Positions 22,581-34,335 of a DNA stretch of 64,000 nucleotides are shown piece after piece. Every line of letters starts with the position of its first letter. The stretch's first letter is position 1. The position numbers and the translations under genes are program-made. The stretch is from Nostoc sp. DedSLP01 (GTDB lineage: Bacteria > Cyanobacteriota > Cyanobacteriia > Cyanobacteriales > Nostocaceae): the NCBI GenBank assembly GCA_034530875.2, contig JAVRCJ020000017.1, positions 96,001 through 160,000 on the forward strand, in the 5' to 3' direction. The notes below the pieces were generated by a model. The model saw only the letters and a list, made by a program, of their open reading frames with translations. It was not told where the DNA came from and did not search any database.

Positions 22581-23414
22581 ATGAAATTAGATCGAAATCA
22601 TAGCGATACTTTGGTAGCGTTGCAGGAATTAATAGAAGTAGTAGCGAAATTGCGATCGCCTGATGGTGGTTGTCCGTGGGATTTGGCACAAACGCCGGAA
22701 ACGCTGATACCATTCGTCATCGAAGAGGCTTATGAAGTGGTGGACGCGATTAAGAATGGAGATAAGGAAGCGATCGCTGAAGAGTTGGGCGATTTATTAT
22801 TACAAGTAGTATTGCAAGCTCAAATTGCTAGCGAGTCCGGGCAATTTTCCCTTAAAGAAATTACTCAAGGCATTTCCCAGAAGTTAATTCGCCGCCATCC
22901 CCACGTGTTTGGTGATATATCTGTACAAAGTGTAGATGAAGTGCGGCAAAACTGGGAACAAATCAAAGCTGCCGAAAAAGGCGAATCCTCTCCAGAAAAT
23001 CAAAAACTCAGTGCGAAACTCAGTCGTTATGGACGTACCCTTCCCCCGTTAACTGGGGCAATGAAGATTTCCCAAAAAGCTGCGGCTGTAGGGTTTGAAT
23101 GGGAAAACATCGAAGGAGTTTGGGACAAATTTCATGAAGAGTTGGCAGAATTTCAACAAGCTTTAGCCCAGGAAACCCCAGCACGGCAACAAGCAGAATT
23201 AGGAGATTTGCTATTTGCTGTGATTCAGCTGGCGCGTTGGCATAACCTTGACCCCAGTGCCGCTTTGCAAGGCACAAACCAGCGATTTGTCCAGCGGTTA
23301 CAAAAAATGGAGGCAGTTGTTGACCGTCCTTTAAGCGATTACAGTTTGGATGAGTTAGAAAAATTGTGGCAACAGGCAAAAGTCCGACTTGCCGAAGAGG
23401 GGAGTGGGGAATGA
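22581..23414 (+). CDS. mazG: Nucleoside triphosphate pyrophosphohydrolase MazG
   Basis: LRSPDGGCPWD, EEAYE, EELGDLL, KLIRRHPHVF, second ELGD. Confidence 0.96.
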   Translation: MKLDRNHSDTLVALQELIEVVAKLRSPDGGCPWDLAQTPETLIPFVIEEAYEVVDAIKNGDKEAIAEELGDLLLQVVLQAQIASESGQFSLKEITQGISQKLIRRHPHVFGDISVQSVDEVRQNWEQIKAAEKGESSPENQKLSAKLSRYGRTLPPLTGAMKISQKAAAVGFEWENIEGVWDKFHEELAEFQQALAQETPARQQAELGDLLFAVIQLARWHNLDPSAALQGTNQRFVQRLQKMEAVVDRPLSDYSLDELEKLWQQAKVRLAEEGSGE

Positions 23415-23508
23415 GGGGTAGGGGGCAAGGGGGAAAGTAAAGATCCCTCCTTTTCCCTTTTACCTTTTCCCTTTTCCCTACCCGAAGGGTTTTCCCCCAT
23501 ACCCTGCC

Positions 23509-24771
23509 TCAAGATTCTTTAACACCGAACCACTTATCATATAAAGATTGATAAGTGCCATTTTCTTTAAGATTCAGCAAGGCTTGATTAATTGGTTTGC
23601 GGTAAGGGCTGTTATTGGGTAGAACGATAGCGTAACTTTCTTCACGCAAGATGCTACCGACAATCTGTACTTTGTTTTTGCCTTCATTAGCGGCATAAAA
23701 AAGCAGTACAGGTGCATCAAAGACAACGGCATCAGCTTTTTTTCTGATTAAAGCATTGTAAGCTTCCTCTATTTTAGGAACTTCTAAAACTGAAATATGA
23801 TGTTCTCGCAGGAATGCGGCGGCTGTACTACCCGCAGTTGTCGCCACTACTTTACCAGGTAAATCGTCGATACCGTTAATGTCACCTTGGAGTTGCTGCA
23901 CTGTTAATGAGGTGGTAGCGGTGGCTGTAAAGTAGGCAGCGAAAAGCACTCCGATGAACATCCAGACAATACCTACTAAGCGTCCTAGCACTCCTTTGGG
24001 CATTTCATCTGCTTGGGTTGCTAATGTGGCAGCTGCCCACCAACAAGCTTTAAAAATGCCGGGAAAGTATGATTTAGGAACTAACCCTTCTTTATGATGG
24101 CGCTCAGATAACCAAATAATGTGGGCTGCTATGGCAATTAGTACTAAGGCAATGCCGATTACTTGCAAGAGACTAGCAGAAAAAAAGATTTGCAAAATAT
24201 TTGAAAAACCACTGTTGCTGCTCTCTTGGTTTCTTACCAGAATTTGCAGCCCTCCAGCCAAAATCGGTAACGAAAAGTCAAAATTCTGCTGGCGTTCGGC
24301 TGTAATTGAGATAGCCGCAATTCCTAAGTCGGCTTTGTTTTGCTTAATGCCACCAAGCAGTTCCGATACAGTGGGATATTGAATAAATTTCGACTCTACA
24401 CCGATTTCCTTAGCAATGCTGCGCCAGAGGTCGATACTGAATCCCGATAACTGGTCTTTTTCTTGTGTGACAAAGGGTGGTATGACTCGTGTAGCTACTA
24501 ATAAGGGTTGTTGAGTTTGTTGAGTTTGTTGAGTTTGTGGTGTTTGGGTGAATCCTGGGGATGCTATTAAAAACAATGACACAATTGCACCTACTAATCC
24601 AATGCAGGTATAAAGTGCTAAAGAACGTCTGGTTTGGTTTTTACGGTTATGTCCGTGAAAATGGGCAGTCTGGCTTTTCCTCCCAGCCATCGCTTGGCGA
24701 AATTTAGTGGCGATCGCATTTATCATCAGGTTTTCTTTGGGTTGTGTGCTATGTCTATTTATCATGCCCAC
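23509..24771 (-). CDS. Periplasmic amino-acid-binding protein with ion-channel insert (GluR0/iGluR-like topology)
   Basis: SBP family-3 halves (GFSIDLW, ISITAER...DFS; FDAP, YDKWFG) split by TM1-pore-TM2; start uncertain. Confidence 0.85.
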   Translation of the reverse strand: MGMINRHSTQPKENLMINAIATKFRQAMAGRKSQTAHFHGHNRKNQTRRSLALYTCIGLVGAIVSLFLIASPGFTQTPQTQQTQQTQQPLLVATRVIPPFVTQEKDQLSGFSIDLWRSIAKEIGVESKFIQYPTVSELLGGIKQNKADLGIAAISITAERQQNFDFSLPILAGGLQILVRNQESSNSGFSNILQIFFSASLLQVIGIALVLIAIAAHIIWLSERHHKEGLVPKSYFPGIFKACWWAAATLATQADEMPKGVLGRLVGIVWMFIGVLFAAYFTATATTSLTVQQLQGDINGIDDLPGKVVATTAGSTAAAFLREHHISVLEVPKIEEAYNALIRKKADAVVFDAPVLLFYAANEGKNKVQIVGSILREESYAIVLPNNSPYRKPINQALLNLKENGTYQSLYDKWFGVKES

Positions 24772-24966
24772 CCCATAACAAAAATCGCCTTATTCACCTC
24801 CGAAATCTTGATGTTTCAGATTTCAAGGGTGAATAAGGCTTTTTGAGAATATGCGATCGCTGTATCCATGCCAGCATCAGCAAAGACAATATTGAGACTC
24901 TTACCACCCAATTTCATACTGTCTACCCATTCATTGTTAATCAGCAGTTTGGTCAGGCTAATTTTG

Positions 24967-25052
24967 ATACCAATTCACTAAATTACTGATACAAATCGCT
25001 TCCTCTGCCCCTCTATTTGCCTATACGTATCATTTTTAAAGTGAAATGGTAT
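24967..25052. repeat. Small inverted-repeat (MITE-like) element
   Basis: ATACCAATTCACT ... AGTGAAATGGTAT termini. Confidence 0.45.
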
Positions 25053-25386
25053 GACCTGTTGTCCTGTTACTGTTGCTGGAACCATCAGGTTTCCTTAAGC
25101 TTTTAGGAAAATTTGCTTAAATCTACTTCTTATGTTTGTTGCTATACAGTTAAGTTTCTGTATTTCTTTATAAAATCTTCACTTTTGCTTTACAATAACA
25201 TTGATATTCAAGTGTTATCTTTCTATCTTAAAACTCAAATTTTAGATAGTAAATAATAGAAAAAATCTTCCCAAAAGATTTTTCTATCGATCTGCTGTGT
25301 TCTATCGGTGGCTAGTTTCAGTTGTTTATTCTTTTTCAGCAATGACGAACTTACTTTAGTGAGAATTTATCCGGGGAATACGCTAG

Positions 25387-27642
25387 ATGTCTGACCCTAC
25401 CTTTTTGGATGCCAAATCCTTAAGCTTCTTGCCTAATGAATTTGCTGTTAACTCTCATATTGCCACCTCTCTTGGCTTGCCAGATCTAGCACCATTATCT
25501 GTTTTGACAAAGCCACAAGCCGAACTTTCTTTAAATTATGGCTTCGATGTTGATACCATTAGCCGAGAAATAACTGGCCTGAGTTCTCAAGATACATCTG
25601 GACAAATAGGCCAAGCAATAGAAGGAATAGATTGTTTAACTGGACTTCCAGAAGACTATGTTAGTGCTGCGAGTATTAGTAGTTTAAGCACAGATGCTTT
25701 TTCTTCTTCTATTACTTCAGAAAATTATGCTTCTGCTGCCAGCAATTTTACAAGTGGGCGATGGGCGACCGAACAAGGCGAATTTTTAAACGACCAAAAA
25801 TGGCTAGTTGGTGACTTTAATGGTGATGGGAAACATGATTTAGCAAAGGTATTTAATGATACTGAGCAAGCCAGTATTGATGTTTATTTCTCCAACGGTA
25901 GCAGCTTTACTATTGAGCGTTGGGCAACTCAACAAGGTGGATTTTGGAATAGCCAAAAATGGTTAGTTGGCGATTTCAATGGCGATGGACGAGATGATTT
26001 AGCAAAAGTCTTTAATGAGGACGGTCAAGCCAGTATTGATGTGCATCTCTCCAGCGGTAGCAGCTTTAATATGGAGCGATGGGCAACTCAACAAGGTGGA
26101 TTTTGGAATAGCCAAAAATGGCTAGCTGGTGACTTTAATGGCGATGGGAGAGATGATTTCGCAAAAGCCTTCGATGAGAACGGTCAAGCTAGCATTGATG
26201 TTCTTCTCTCCAACGGTAGCAGTTTTACCACTCAGCGGTGGGCAACTCAACAAGGTGGATTTTGGAATAGCCAAAAATGGCTAGCTGGTGACTTTAATGG
26301 CGATGGAGGAGATGATTTAGCTAAAGTCTTCGATGACGTCGGTCAAGCCAGTATTGACGTTTATCTCTCCAGCGGCAGCAGTTTTACAATTCAGCGCTGG
26401 GTAACTCAACAAGGTGGATTTTCGGACGACCAAAAATGGCTTGCAGGTGACTTTAATAATGATGGAGATGAGGATTTAGCCAATATCTTCAATGAGGATA
26501 ACCGAGCTAGTATTGATGTTCATCTGTCAAAGAGGAATAGCTTTATTATCGGGCGATGGACAACTGCACAAGGCGGATTTTCCATCGAGCAAAAATGGTT
26601 AGCGGGTGACTTTAATGCCGATGGTCAAAATGATTTGGCTAATGTCTTCAATGAGTCTAACCAAGCGAGTATTGATGTTTATGCTGCTGGCAGTCCGGAA
26701 AGTTATAGCTCTATCAATGGCTATGGTTTAGTCAATGCTGCTGCTGCTGTTGCTAAAGCTATCGGTCAACCTGCCTTTTCAGGTGTTCCTGATTTAGGCG
26801 GCCAAAACTGGGGTGCAGATTTAATCAAAGCTCCAGAAGTCTGGGTAAAAGGCTATACGGGTCAAGGACTAGTTGTTGCTGTATTAGATACTGGTGTTGA
26901 CCGTAACCACCCAGATTTAAGCGCCAATATCTGGACAAATAGCCGAGAAATAGCTGGCAACGGTGTTGATGATGATAACAATGGATACATTGATGATTAC
27001 TATGGCTGGAACTTTATTGAAGGCAATAACAATACTTTAGATGTCTACGGCCACGGTAGTCATGTAGCTGGTACGATCGCAGCAGTTAATAATGATTTTG
27101 GCATTACAGGTATTGCTTATAATGCCAAAATCATGCCTGTGAAGGTTCTGAATGACAGTAATAAAGGCAATTTTGCTGCTATTGCCCAAGGAGTTTATTA
27201 CGCCGTCAATAACGGGGCCAAAATCATTAACATGAGTTTAGCTGGCAGCACTCCTGACAGCGGCATAGAAGCAGCCATTCAATATGCCGCCAGTAAAGGT
27301 GCGATTGTCGTCATAGCAGCAGGAAATTCAGGAGGTTCAACTCCCCAATATCCTGCTTATTATGCTACTAACTGGGGTTTAGCTGTTGGAGCCGTTGATA
27401 GTAACAAAAACATTGCTAATTTCTCTAACCGAGCCGGCAGTGATTCCAGAATGGCTTATGTAACTGGCCCAGGAGTTAACATTTACTCTACCCTGCCGAA
27501 TGGAAGGTATGGCTATTATAATGGCTCTTCTATGGCTGCTCCCTATGTATCAGGACTAGCAGCCTTAATGCTCAGTGCTAATCCAAATTTAAGCGCTGAC
27601 GAAGTGCGGCAAATTATCACTCAAACTGCGGTAAATGTTTAG
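25387..27642 (+). CDS. Subtilisin-like (S8) serine peptidase with six 53-aa FG-GAP/VCBS-like repeats
   Basis: VAVLDTG, HGSHVAG and GSSMAAP catalytic triad; repeats with GDFNGDG at 159-bp period. Confidence 0.92.
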   Translation: MSDPTFLDAKSLSFLPNEFAVNSHIATSLGLPDLAPLSVLTKPQAELSLNYGFDVDTISREITGLSSQDTSGQIGQAIEGIDCLTGLPEDYVSAASISSLSTDAFSSSITSENYASAASNFTSGRWATEQGEFLNDQKWLVGDFNGDGKHDLAKVFNDTEQASIDVYFSNGSSFTIERWATQQGGFWNSQKWLVGDFNGDGRDDLAKVFNEDGQASIDVHLSSGSSFNMERWATQQGGFWNSQKWLAGDFNGDGRDDFAKAFDENGQASIDVLLSNGSSFTTQRWATQQGGFWNSQKWLAGDFNGDGGDDLAKVFDDVGQASIDVYLSSGSSFTIQRWVTQQGGFSDDQKWLAGDFNNDGDEDLANIFNEDNRASIDVHLSKRNSFIIGRWTTAQGGFSIEQKWLAGDFNADGQNDLANVFNESNQASIDVYAAGSPESYSSINGYGLVNAAAAVAKAIGQPAFSGVPDLGGQNWGADLIKAPEVWVKGYTGQGLVVAVLDTGVDRNHPDLSANIWTNSREIAGNGVDDDNNGYIDDYYGWNFIEGNNNTLDVYGHGSHVAGTIAAVNNDFGITGIAYNAKIMPVKVLNDSNKGNFAAIAQGVYYAVNNGAKIINMSLAGSTPDSGIEAAIQYAASKGAIVVIAAGNSGGSTPQYPAYYATNWGLAVGAVDSNKNIANFSNRAGSDSRMAYVTGPGVNIYSTLPNGRYGYYNGSSMAAPYVSGLAALMLSANPNLSADEVRQIITQTAVNV

Positions 27643-27804
27643 GGCATAGGGCATTGGGCATAGGGTATGGAGATTGAGGTTCTTAACTCCATTAATCAGG
27701 CTTTGAGATGGATGAACGAGTCTCTAATTTTCCTTGTTTGTCAATGTCCAATGCCCAATTCCCATTCTTGATAGGATGAGGAATAGGTAAAATTCTTTTG
27801 TAAT

Positions 27805-29112
27805 ATGACTACTTTTCAACTTGCTTCTCCCCTAATTACGATCGCAGCACAAACTCGCCAAGCTGCAAGTAAGCTGGCGATTCTCTCGACTGAGGCCAAA
27901 AATCAAGCGATTGAAGCGATCGCCCAAGCTTTAGAATCAGCTAAAGATGAAATTCTGGCAGCAAATATTGCTGATTGTGAAGCTGCAACCGCGGACGGAA
28001 TTGCTAAACCGCTTTATAAGCGCTTGCAATTGGACGAACATAAATTAAGAGATGCGATCGCTGGCGTGCGAGATGTTGGTAAGCTAGCAGATCCAGTAGG
28101 TAAAGTGCAAATTCACCGCGAACTCGACACTGGTTTAATTCTCAAACGTATTACTTGTCCTTTGGGTGTTTTAGGGATTATTTTTGAAGCGCGTCCCGAA
28201 GCAGCGATTCAAATTGTCTCTTTAGCAATTAAATCTGGAAACGGCGTCATCCTTAAAGGTGGTAGGGAAGCTGTACGTTCTTGTGAAGCAATAGTTAAGG
28301 CGATTAAAAAAGGATTATCTCAGACTGCTGTGAATCCTGATGCCGTGCACTTGCTTACAACTAGAGAGGAAACTCTAGCACTTTTGAAGTTAGATAAATA
28401 TGTAGATTTAATTATTCCTAGAGGTTCTAATTCTTTTGTCAGATTTGTGCAGGAAAATACACGCATTCCCGTACTCGGTCACGCCGATGGAATTTGTCAT
28501 TTATATATAGATAAAGCAGCTGATATTTCACTTGCTGTTCCAATTACAGTCGATGCCAAAGCCCAATATCCGGCTGTTTGTAATGCGATTGAAACATTGT
28601 TAGTCCACTCATCAATTGCTAAAGAATTTTTACCGAAAGTTGCTGATGCTTTAGCAGAACGCCATGTGGAATTAAGAGGCGATGAAAATACCTTAGAAAT
28701 TTTACCTGATATCAATACTGCAACAGAAATTGACTGGGAAACAGAATACAGCGATTATATTTTGTCGATTAAGATTGTAGACTCGATTGAAGATGCGATC
28801 GCTCATATCAACGAATATGGTTCCCGTCACACTGATGCAATTATTTCTGAAGATTCTGCGGCTGTAGAAACTTTCTTTGGATTGGTGAATTCAGCCAATA
28901 TCTTCCATAATTGTTCTACTCGTTTTGCTGATGGCTTCCGCTATGGCTTCGGCGCAGAAGTTGGAATTAGCACTCAACAAATGCCTCCCCGCGGCCCTGT
29001 TGGCTTAGAAGGATTAGTAACATACAAATATCAAATGACAGGTAACGGTCATATTGTCGCCACCTACACTGGTGCTAATGCAAAACCCTTTACTCATCGG
29101 GATTTAGTTTAA
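27805..29112 (+). CDS. proA: Gamma-glutamyl phosphate reductase
   Basis: [30 protein letters not shown]...GAEVGISTQ. Confidence 0.97.
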   Translation: MTTFQLASPLITIAAQTRQAASKLAILSTEAKNQAIEAIAQALESAKDEILAANIADCEAATADGIAKPLYKRLQLDEHKLRDAIAGVRDVGKLADPVGKVQIHRELDTGLILKRITCPLGVLGIIFEARPEAAIQIVSLAIKSGNGVILKGGREAVRSCEAIVKAIKKGLSQTAVNPDAVHLLTTREETLALLKLDKYVDLIIPRGSNSFVRFVQENTRIPVLGHADGICHLYIDKAADISLAVPITVDAKAQYPAVCNAIETLLVHSSIAKEFLPKVADALAERHVELRGDENTLEILPDINTATEIDWETEYSDYILSIKIVDSIEDAIAHINEYGSRHTDAIISEDSAAVETFFGLVNSANIFHNCSTRFADGFRYGFGAEVGISTQQMPPRGPVGLEGLVTYKYQMTGNGHIVATYTGANAKPFTHRDLV

Positions 29113-29200
29113 CGAAGGCAGGAGGCACGAGGCCGTTTTTGTTACGAATAAAATTTACTGTTTTGCTACTGAATTCTGAATTCTGAATTCTGCTATAGCT

Positions 29201-30613
29201 TTAAACCAATGCCTTCAACAAAGCCTGAAGTTTAAGTTGTACTTCTGCAAATTCCCTGTCGGGATCGGAACCGGCGACAATACCAGCACCAGCATACAAC
29301 CTGGCGCGATCGCCATTTATTAATGCCGAACGAATTCCCACAATAAATTCACAATTCCCATTAGCATCTATCCAACCTAAAGGCGCAGCATATAAACCCC
29401 TTTCAAAGCTTTCATAACGACGAATTTCAGCACAAGCAACATCTCGCGCTGCACCGGCAACGGCTGGTGTCGGATGCAACTGGGCAACGATATTTAATGG
29501 ATGAATATTAGCAGGAACTACAGCACTAATTGGCGTCCACAAATGCTGGATGTTGGATAATTGTCGCAGACGGGGTGCTAATATTTGGGGTAACAAACCT
29601 AGCTGGCATAAGCGTTGAGTTATGAAATTAAGTACCAGCGAATGTTCGTGTCTTTCTTTTTCACTATTGAGTAAGCGGTTGGCGTTAGCTGCATCTTCAG
29701 CCGGAGTTTTACCTCGTGGTGCAGAACCCGCCAACGCATCAGTAATTAACTGCTGATTATTAATACTAATTAATCGTTCTGGACTGGCACCAATAAAGTT
29801 TTGCCCTTTCCCATTACTTGTAGAAAAAATATAACAATTAGGATGTATTTGTCTGAGATTATTTAACGATTTAACTAAGTCAAAATGATTGCTTGACTTA
29901 ACATCTAATATATCTGCTAAAACAATCTTTCTTAAATGATTAGACTGAATTTTTTCCAATACAGAAGCTACTGAATATTTAAATAGATTGCCATTAGTGA
30001 TAGATTTTTGGTAAAACTTTGCTGAGAAATCAATATTTGGAGAATAATCTTCTAAAGATTGGATAAATTCAATTTTTGTTTGTAGGACTTGCAATAGTTT
30101 TTGAATATCGACGTCAGCATTTATAGTTAAATTTGTTACTAATATACAGCACTGATTTTTAACAGCTACTTGCCAACGGGGCAGAAAAATGGTAGCAGCG
30201 GGAAATGGATAATCTACTTGGGTATTTTGGTCGAAAAAGCTGAAGTAACAAAAAAAATGAGGTCCAGAAAAAGGCTGGTTAGAGTTACCAAAATTAATTA
30301 TATTTTTTAGACAAGATTTGATAAAATATTCAGCTTTAGTAAAACGTTCTCTGCCGTCAACTTGTAATTTTTCTACAGCATCAATTGCGGCGATCGCTTC
30401 TCCTTTGCCTTTGTCTTCAAAGTAAAAATTTATTTCATTTGCTTGTGTAAATCGATCCAATACAAGTAAAGGGTCAACTAAATCGATCTCTTGGGAGATA
30501 CTGACAATTTGCCTAGAATTATTTTTGATGCACTTTTTTTGCACTGCTAAGAGAAATTGATATAAATCTTTGTGCTGTACAAACAAGTTGCTACGACATG
30601 GTGAAACTGTCAT
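29201..30613 (-). CDS. menF: Isochorismate synthase
   Basis: KIVLA, GASPERL, LAGSAPRG, KERHEH, LHPTPAV, AGAGIV; men cluster context. Confidence 0.93.
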   Translation of the reverse strand: MTVSPCRSNLFVQHKDLYQFLLAVQKKCIKNNSRQIVSISQEIDLVDPLLVLDRFTQANEINFYFEDKGKGEAIAAIDAVEKLQVDGRERFTKAEYFIKSCLKNIINFGNSNQPFSGPHFFCYFSFFDQNTQVDYPFPAATIFLPRWQVAVKNQCCILVTNLTINADVDIQKLLQVLQTKIEFIQSLEDYSPNIDFSAKFYQKSITNGNLFKYSVASVLEKIQSNHLRKIVLADILDVKSSNHFDLVKSLNNLRQIHPNCYIFSTSNGKGQNFIGASPERLISINNQQLITDALAGSAPRGKTPAEDAANANRLLNSEKERHEHSLVLNFITQRLCQLGLLPQILAPRLRQLSNIQHLWTPISAVVPANIHPLNIVAQLHPTPAVAGAARDVACAEIRRYESFERGLYAAPLGWIDANGNCEFIVGIRSALINGDRARLYAGAGIVAGSDPDREFAEVQLKLQALLKALV

Positions 30614-30977
30614 GGATCTTATCGATAGTAAATTTTTTTTAAGTTAACTTCCTAAAGTGTAATTAATCGTGGTCGTATTTTTACAGGTAACATATTAAGT
30701 TGCCATTTCACCAGCGTAAGATTTGCCTTATTAGTGGTGTTCTGAGAACCTGAGAAGCAAGTTGTAGCCTAGACTGCAACTTCAGTATCGGAGTTTGTAA
30801 TAGAACCTCATAACCAAAAGGTAAAAATTGTGCATTCAATAGCCAGAAGTCAGAATTGATAACGAATCTAGTATGATTGGTATATTCATTCATGAAATAT
30901 TATCGTGAATCGGAGAATTCTGACACGAAAAATCTTTTGTGCAAGCAATATTGTGGGAATTTAATTAATCTCGACTG

Positions 30978-31874
30978 ATGACTACCAAGCAGATTTTATA
31001 TCCTAATACTAAGTTATGGATGGCAGCTATTAAACCGCCAATGTACAGCGTTGCCATCATGCCGATTTGGGTAGGAACAGCAGTAGCTTATGCTGAAACA
31101 AAAATTTTCAATGGAGCAATATTTTCTACTTTTATAGGTGCGGCAATTTTAATTCTTGCCTGGGAAAATATCAGTAATGATGTTTTTGATTCCGAAACAG
31201 GTATCGATCGAAACAAACACCATTCTCTGGTGAATTTAACTGGTAATAAAAAATTAATATTCTGGTTAGGAAATTTGTGTTTAGGTTTGGGGTTGCTGGG
31301 GATAGTAGCGATCGCTTTTTGGCAACAAGACCTAACTGTTATCGGCATAATACTGCTGTGCTGTGGTTTGGGCTATATGTACCAAGGGCCTCCCTTTCGC
31401 TTAGGATATCAGGGTTTAGGCGAAATTCTTTGCTTTTTTGCCTTTGGCCCCTTAGCAGTAGAGGCAGCATACTACAGCCAAACTCAAACTTGGTCGATGA
31501 CGAGTTTAGCAGCCTCAGTGATTCTCGGCATTGCCACAACTTTGATTTTATTTTGTTCGCACTTTCACCAAGTTAAGGATGACATAGCCGCAGGCAAGCG
31601 ATCGCCCATCGTCCGTCTCGGAACCGAAAAAGGTGCCCAACTGCTATTTTGGTTCACTGGCAGCATTTATCCTCTGACTTTGCTGTTTGTGCTGTCGGGA
31701 ATTTTTCCAGTCTGGACACTGCTAAGTTGGTTGAGTTTACCCTTTGCCGTCAAATTATGCCGTCATGTCCAAGAAAATCATCATAAACCAGACAAAGTTA
31801 GTAACTGTAAATTCATCGCCGTCGCCGTGCATTTTTGGAGTTGCTTGCTGTTGGGATTGGGATTTATGTTTTAG
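30978..31874 (+). CDS. menA: DHNA phytyltransferase
   Basis: UbiA family: NDVFD..TGID, DDIAAGKRS; multi-TM. Confidence 0.94.
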   Translation: MTTKQILYPNTKLWMAAIKPPMYSVAIMPIWVGTAVAYAETKIFNGAIFSTFIGAAILILAWENISNDVFDSETGIDRNKHHSLVNLTGNKKLIFWLGNLCLGLGLLGIVAIAFWQQDLTVIGIILLCCGLGYMYQGPPFRLGYQGLGEILCFFAFGPLAVEAAYYSQTQTWSMTSLAASVILGIATTLILFCSHFHQVKDDIAAGKRSPIVRLGTEKGAQLLFWFTGSIYPLTLLFVLSGIFPVWTLLSWLSLPFAVKLCRHVQENHHKPDKVSNCKFIAVAVHFWSCLLLGLGFMF

Positions 31875-31927
31875 ATTGGGCATGGGGCATTGGACAAATG
31901 ACTAATGACTAATGACAAGTCAAGATA

Positions 31928-32950
31928 GTGATTTACAGATTTAAATTTCGTCCTTATCGGCGAAGATTTGTGCGAACAGTTAGTACAAGTCATGGTAAAT
32001 GGGATATTCGGGATGGAATTATTCTCCGTCTTACTGACGAATTAGGAAGAGTTGGCTGGGGAGAAATCGCCCCCATTAGCTGGTTCGGTTCAGAAACTAT
32101 GGAACAAGCATTAGATTTTTGTCGCCAACTCCCAGCAGAAATCACAGACGAAACAATTTTCTCCATCCCAGATGAGTTACCCGCTTGTCAATTTGGCTTC
32201 GAGTCAGCGCAGGAGTGCGTGGGGAGATGGGGAGATAGGGAGATGGGGGGATGGGGGGATGGGGAGAATAACTCCTCACTCCTAACTCCTTACTCCTCAC
32301 TCTTCCCATACAGCGCCTTACTCTCTGCTGGGGAAGCGGCTTTAAGTCAATGGGAAAGTTTATGGCAGCAGGGATATCGCACATTTAAATGGAAAATTGG
32401 TGTAAATGCGATCGCTAATGAACTTAAAATTTTTGAATCATTAACACAGACTTTACCAGTTTCTAGCAAACTGCGATTAGATGCTAACGGTGGACTCAGC
32501 TATGAACAAGCTAATTTATGGCTGTGGACTTGCGACAATCTCCAGGCAAATCGGAAACAAGCCCCAGAAATTGAATTTCTCGAACAACCGCTACCCGTTG
32601 AACAATTTCAGGGAATGTTGGAATTGAGTATGTGTTATGGAACAGCGATCGCTTTAGATGAATCTGTCGCTACACTAGCGCAATTTATACATTGTTATCA
32701 ACAAGGTTGGCGAGAAATTTTTGTCATTAAACCTGGGATAATTGGATCGCCATCTCGGTTGAGAAAGTTTTGCGAACAGCATGAAATTGATGCTGTATTT
32801 TCGTCAGTATTTGAAACTGCGATCGGAAGACAAGCAGCACTCCAACTAGCAGCAGAGTTATCCCGAAATCACAGAGCAGTTGGTTTTGGCATCGACCATT
32901 TTTTTGAACAAGAAGAAACCTGGCTTCAAAGTCTATGGAAAGACCTTTAG
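31928..32950 (+). CDS. menC: o-succinylbenzoate synthase
   Basis: FKWKIG, LRLDANG, EQP, ALDES; in-frame STRR insertion at ~32220-32300. Confidence 0.93.
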   Translation: MIYRFKFRPYRRRFVRTVSTSHGKWDIRDGIILRLTDELGRVGWGEIAPISWFGSETMEQALDFCRQLPAEITDETIFSIPDELPACQFGFESAQECVGRWGDREMGGWGDGENNSSLLTPYSSLFPYSALLSAGEAALSQWESLWQQGYRTFKWKIGVNAIANELKIFESLTQTLPVSSKLRLDANGGLSYEQANLWLWTCDNLQANRKQAPEIEFLEQPLPVEQFQGMLELSMCYGTAIALDESVATLAQFIHCYQQGWREIFVIKPGIIGSPSRLRKFCEQHEIDAVFSSVFETAIGRQAALQLAAELSRNHRAVGFGIDHFFEQEETWLQSLWKDL

Positions 32951-34335
32951 ACTATTTAAATAACCTGCCCGCAAATGATTGGTTGATTGGTTACAACAAC
33001 CGTCAATTTAATCAACTAGCTCAAGAATTATATTTACAACTAACACAATTATCAACATTTAAAACTCCACCCAAAATTATCATAACCGAACGCGAACCAT
33101 TAAAATTTTTAGCAAGCTTTATTGCCGCTTGTGCAGCTAATTGCCCAGTTTTTCTGTGTAACCCCGACTGGGGAACCCAAGAATGGCAACAAGTCTTAGA
33201 TTTAGTACAACCAGATATTATTTTAGGAGTAGGGAATAGGGAATGGGGAATAGGGAATAGGGATTGTTCATCTCCCCACTCACCACTCCCCACTCCCCAC
33301 TCGCCACTAATCATGATTCCCACAGGTGGTTCATCAGGACAGATTAAATTTGTCATCCATACTTGGGAAACTCTCATCGCATCTGTCAGAGGATTTACAC
33401 AATACTTTCAGCTAAATAAAGTCAATTCTTTTTGTATATTGCCGCTATATCACGTTAGCGGTTTAATGCAATTTATCCGTTCTTTCACCACCGGAGGTAA
33501 ACTTGCTATTCTGCCATTCAAAGTCTTGGAATCTGGCCAAACCTTGAATATTAAACAATCAGAATTTTTTATTTCTTTAGTACCAACTCAATTACAAAGA
33601 CTCTTAGAAAATCCCGAACTAACAGAATGGCTAACCCAATTTAACACCGTCCTTTTAGGAGGTGCGCCAGCATGGAGCGAACTATTAGAAAAAGCGAGAT
33701 TTCATCGCATTCGGTTAGCACCAACTTATGGCATGACAGAAACCGCTTCTCAAATAGCAACCCTCAAACCAGATGATTTTCTCAATGGTAAAATCAGTAG
33801 CGGTCAAATTCTTCCCCATGCCCAAGTAACTATTCGCAATCAGCAAGGTGAAAATTTAAATTTTAATCAAATAGGAAATATCACCATCCAAGCTCAATCT
33901 CTAGCGCTTGGTTACTATCCCATGAACAAAGAAAGAGAGGATACTTTCCAAGTAGATGATTTAGGCTTTTTAGACGACCAAGGTTATTTAAATATAGTAG
34001 GACGTAGCAGTGAAAAAATCATTACAGGCGGAGAAAATATTTACCCAGCAGAAATTGAGTCAGCCATACGAGCAACTCAAATGGTTACCGATATTTGCGT
34101 TATAGGTATTCCAGATAAACACTGGGGACAAGCCTTAACAGCAATTTATATTCCTAAAAAATCAACTGTGTGTGCCTTAAAAATCCAAACCCTACTCAAA
34201 GAAAAACTCACCAAATTTAAAATCCCAAAATATTGGATTCCCCAGCAAAACTTACCCCGTAACTCCCAAGGTAAAATTAACCGCCAACAGCTAGAAAAAA
34301 TAGCGATGGAATACCTACAAAACTCGCTCAAATAA
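32935..34335 (+). CDS. menE: o-succinylbenzoate-CoA ligase
   Basis: [30 protein letters not shown]; in-frame STRR insertion at ~33226-33300. Confidence 0.92.
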   Translation: MERPLDYLNNLPANDWLIGYNNRQFNQLAQELYLQLTQLSTFKTPPKIIITEREPLKFLASFIAACAANCPVFLCNPDWGTQEWQQVLDLVQPDIILGVGNREWGIGNRDCSSPHSPLPTPHSPLIMIPTGGSSGQIKFVIHTWETLIASVRGFTQYFQLNKVNSFCILPLYHVSGLMQFIRSFTTGGKLAILPFKVLESGQTLNIKQSEFFISLVPTQLQRLLENPELTEWLTQFNTVLLGGAPAWSELLEKARFHRIRLAPTYGMTETASQIATLKPDDFLNGKISSGQILPHAQVTIRNQQGENLNFNQIGNITIQAQSLALGYYPMNKEREDTFQVDDLGFLDDQGYLNIVGRSSEKIITGGENIYPAEIESAIRATQMVTDICVIGIPDKHWGQALTAIYIPKKSTVCALKIQTLLKEKLTKFKIPKYWIPQQNLPRNSQGKINRQQLEKIAMEYLQNSLK

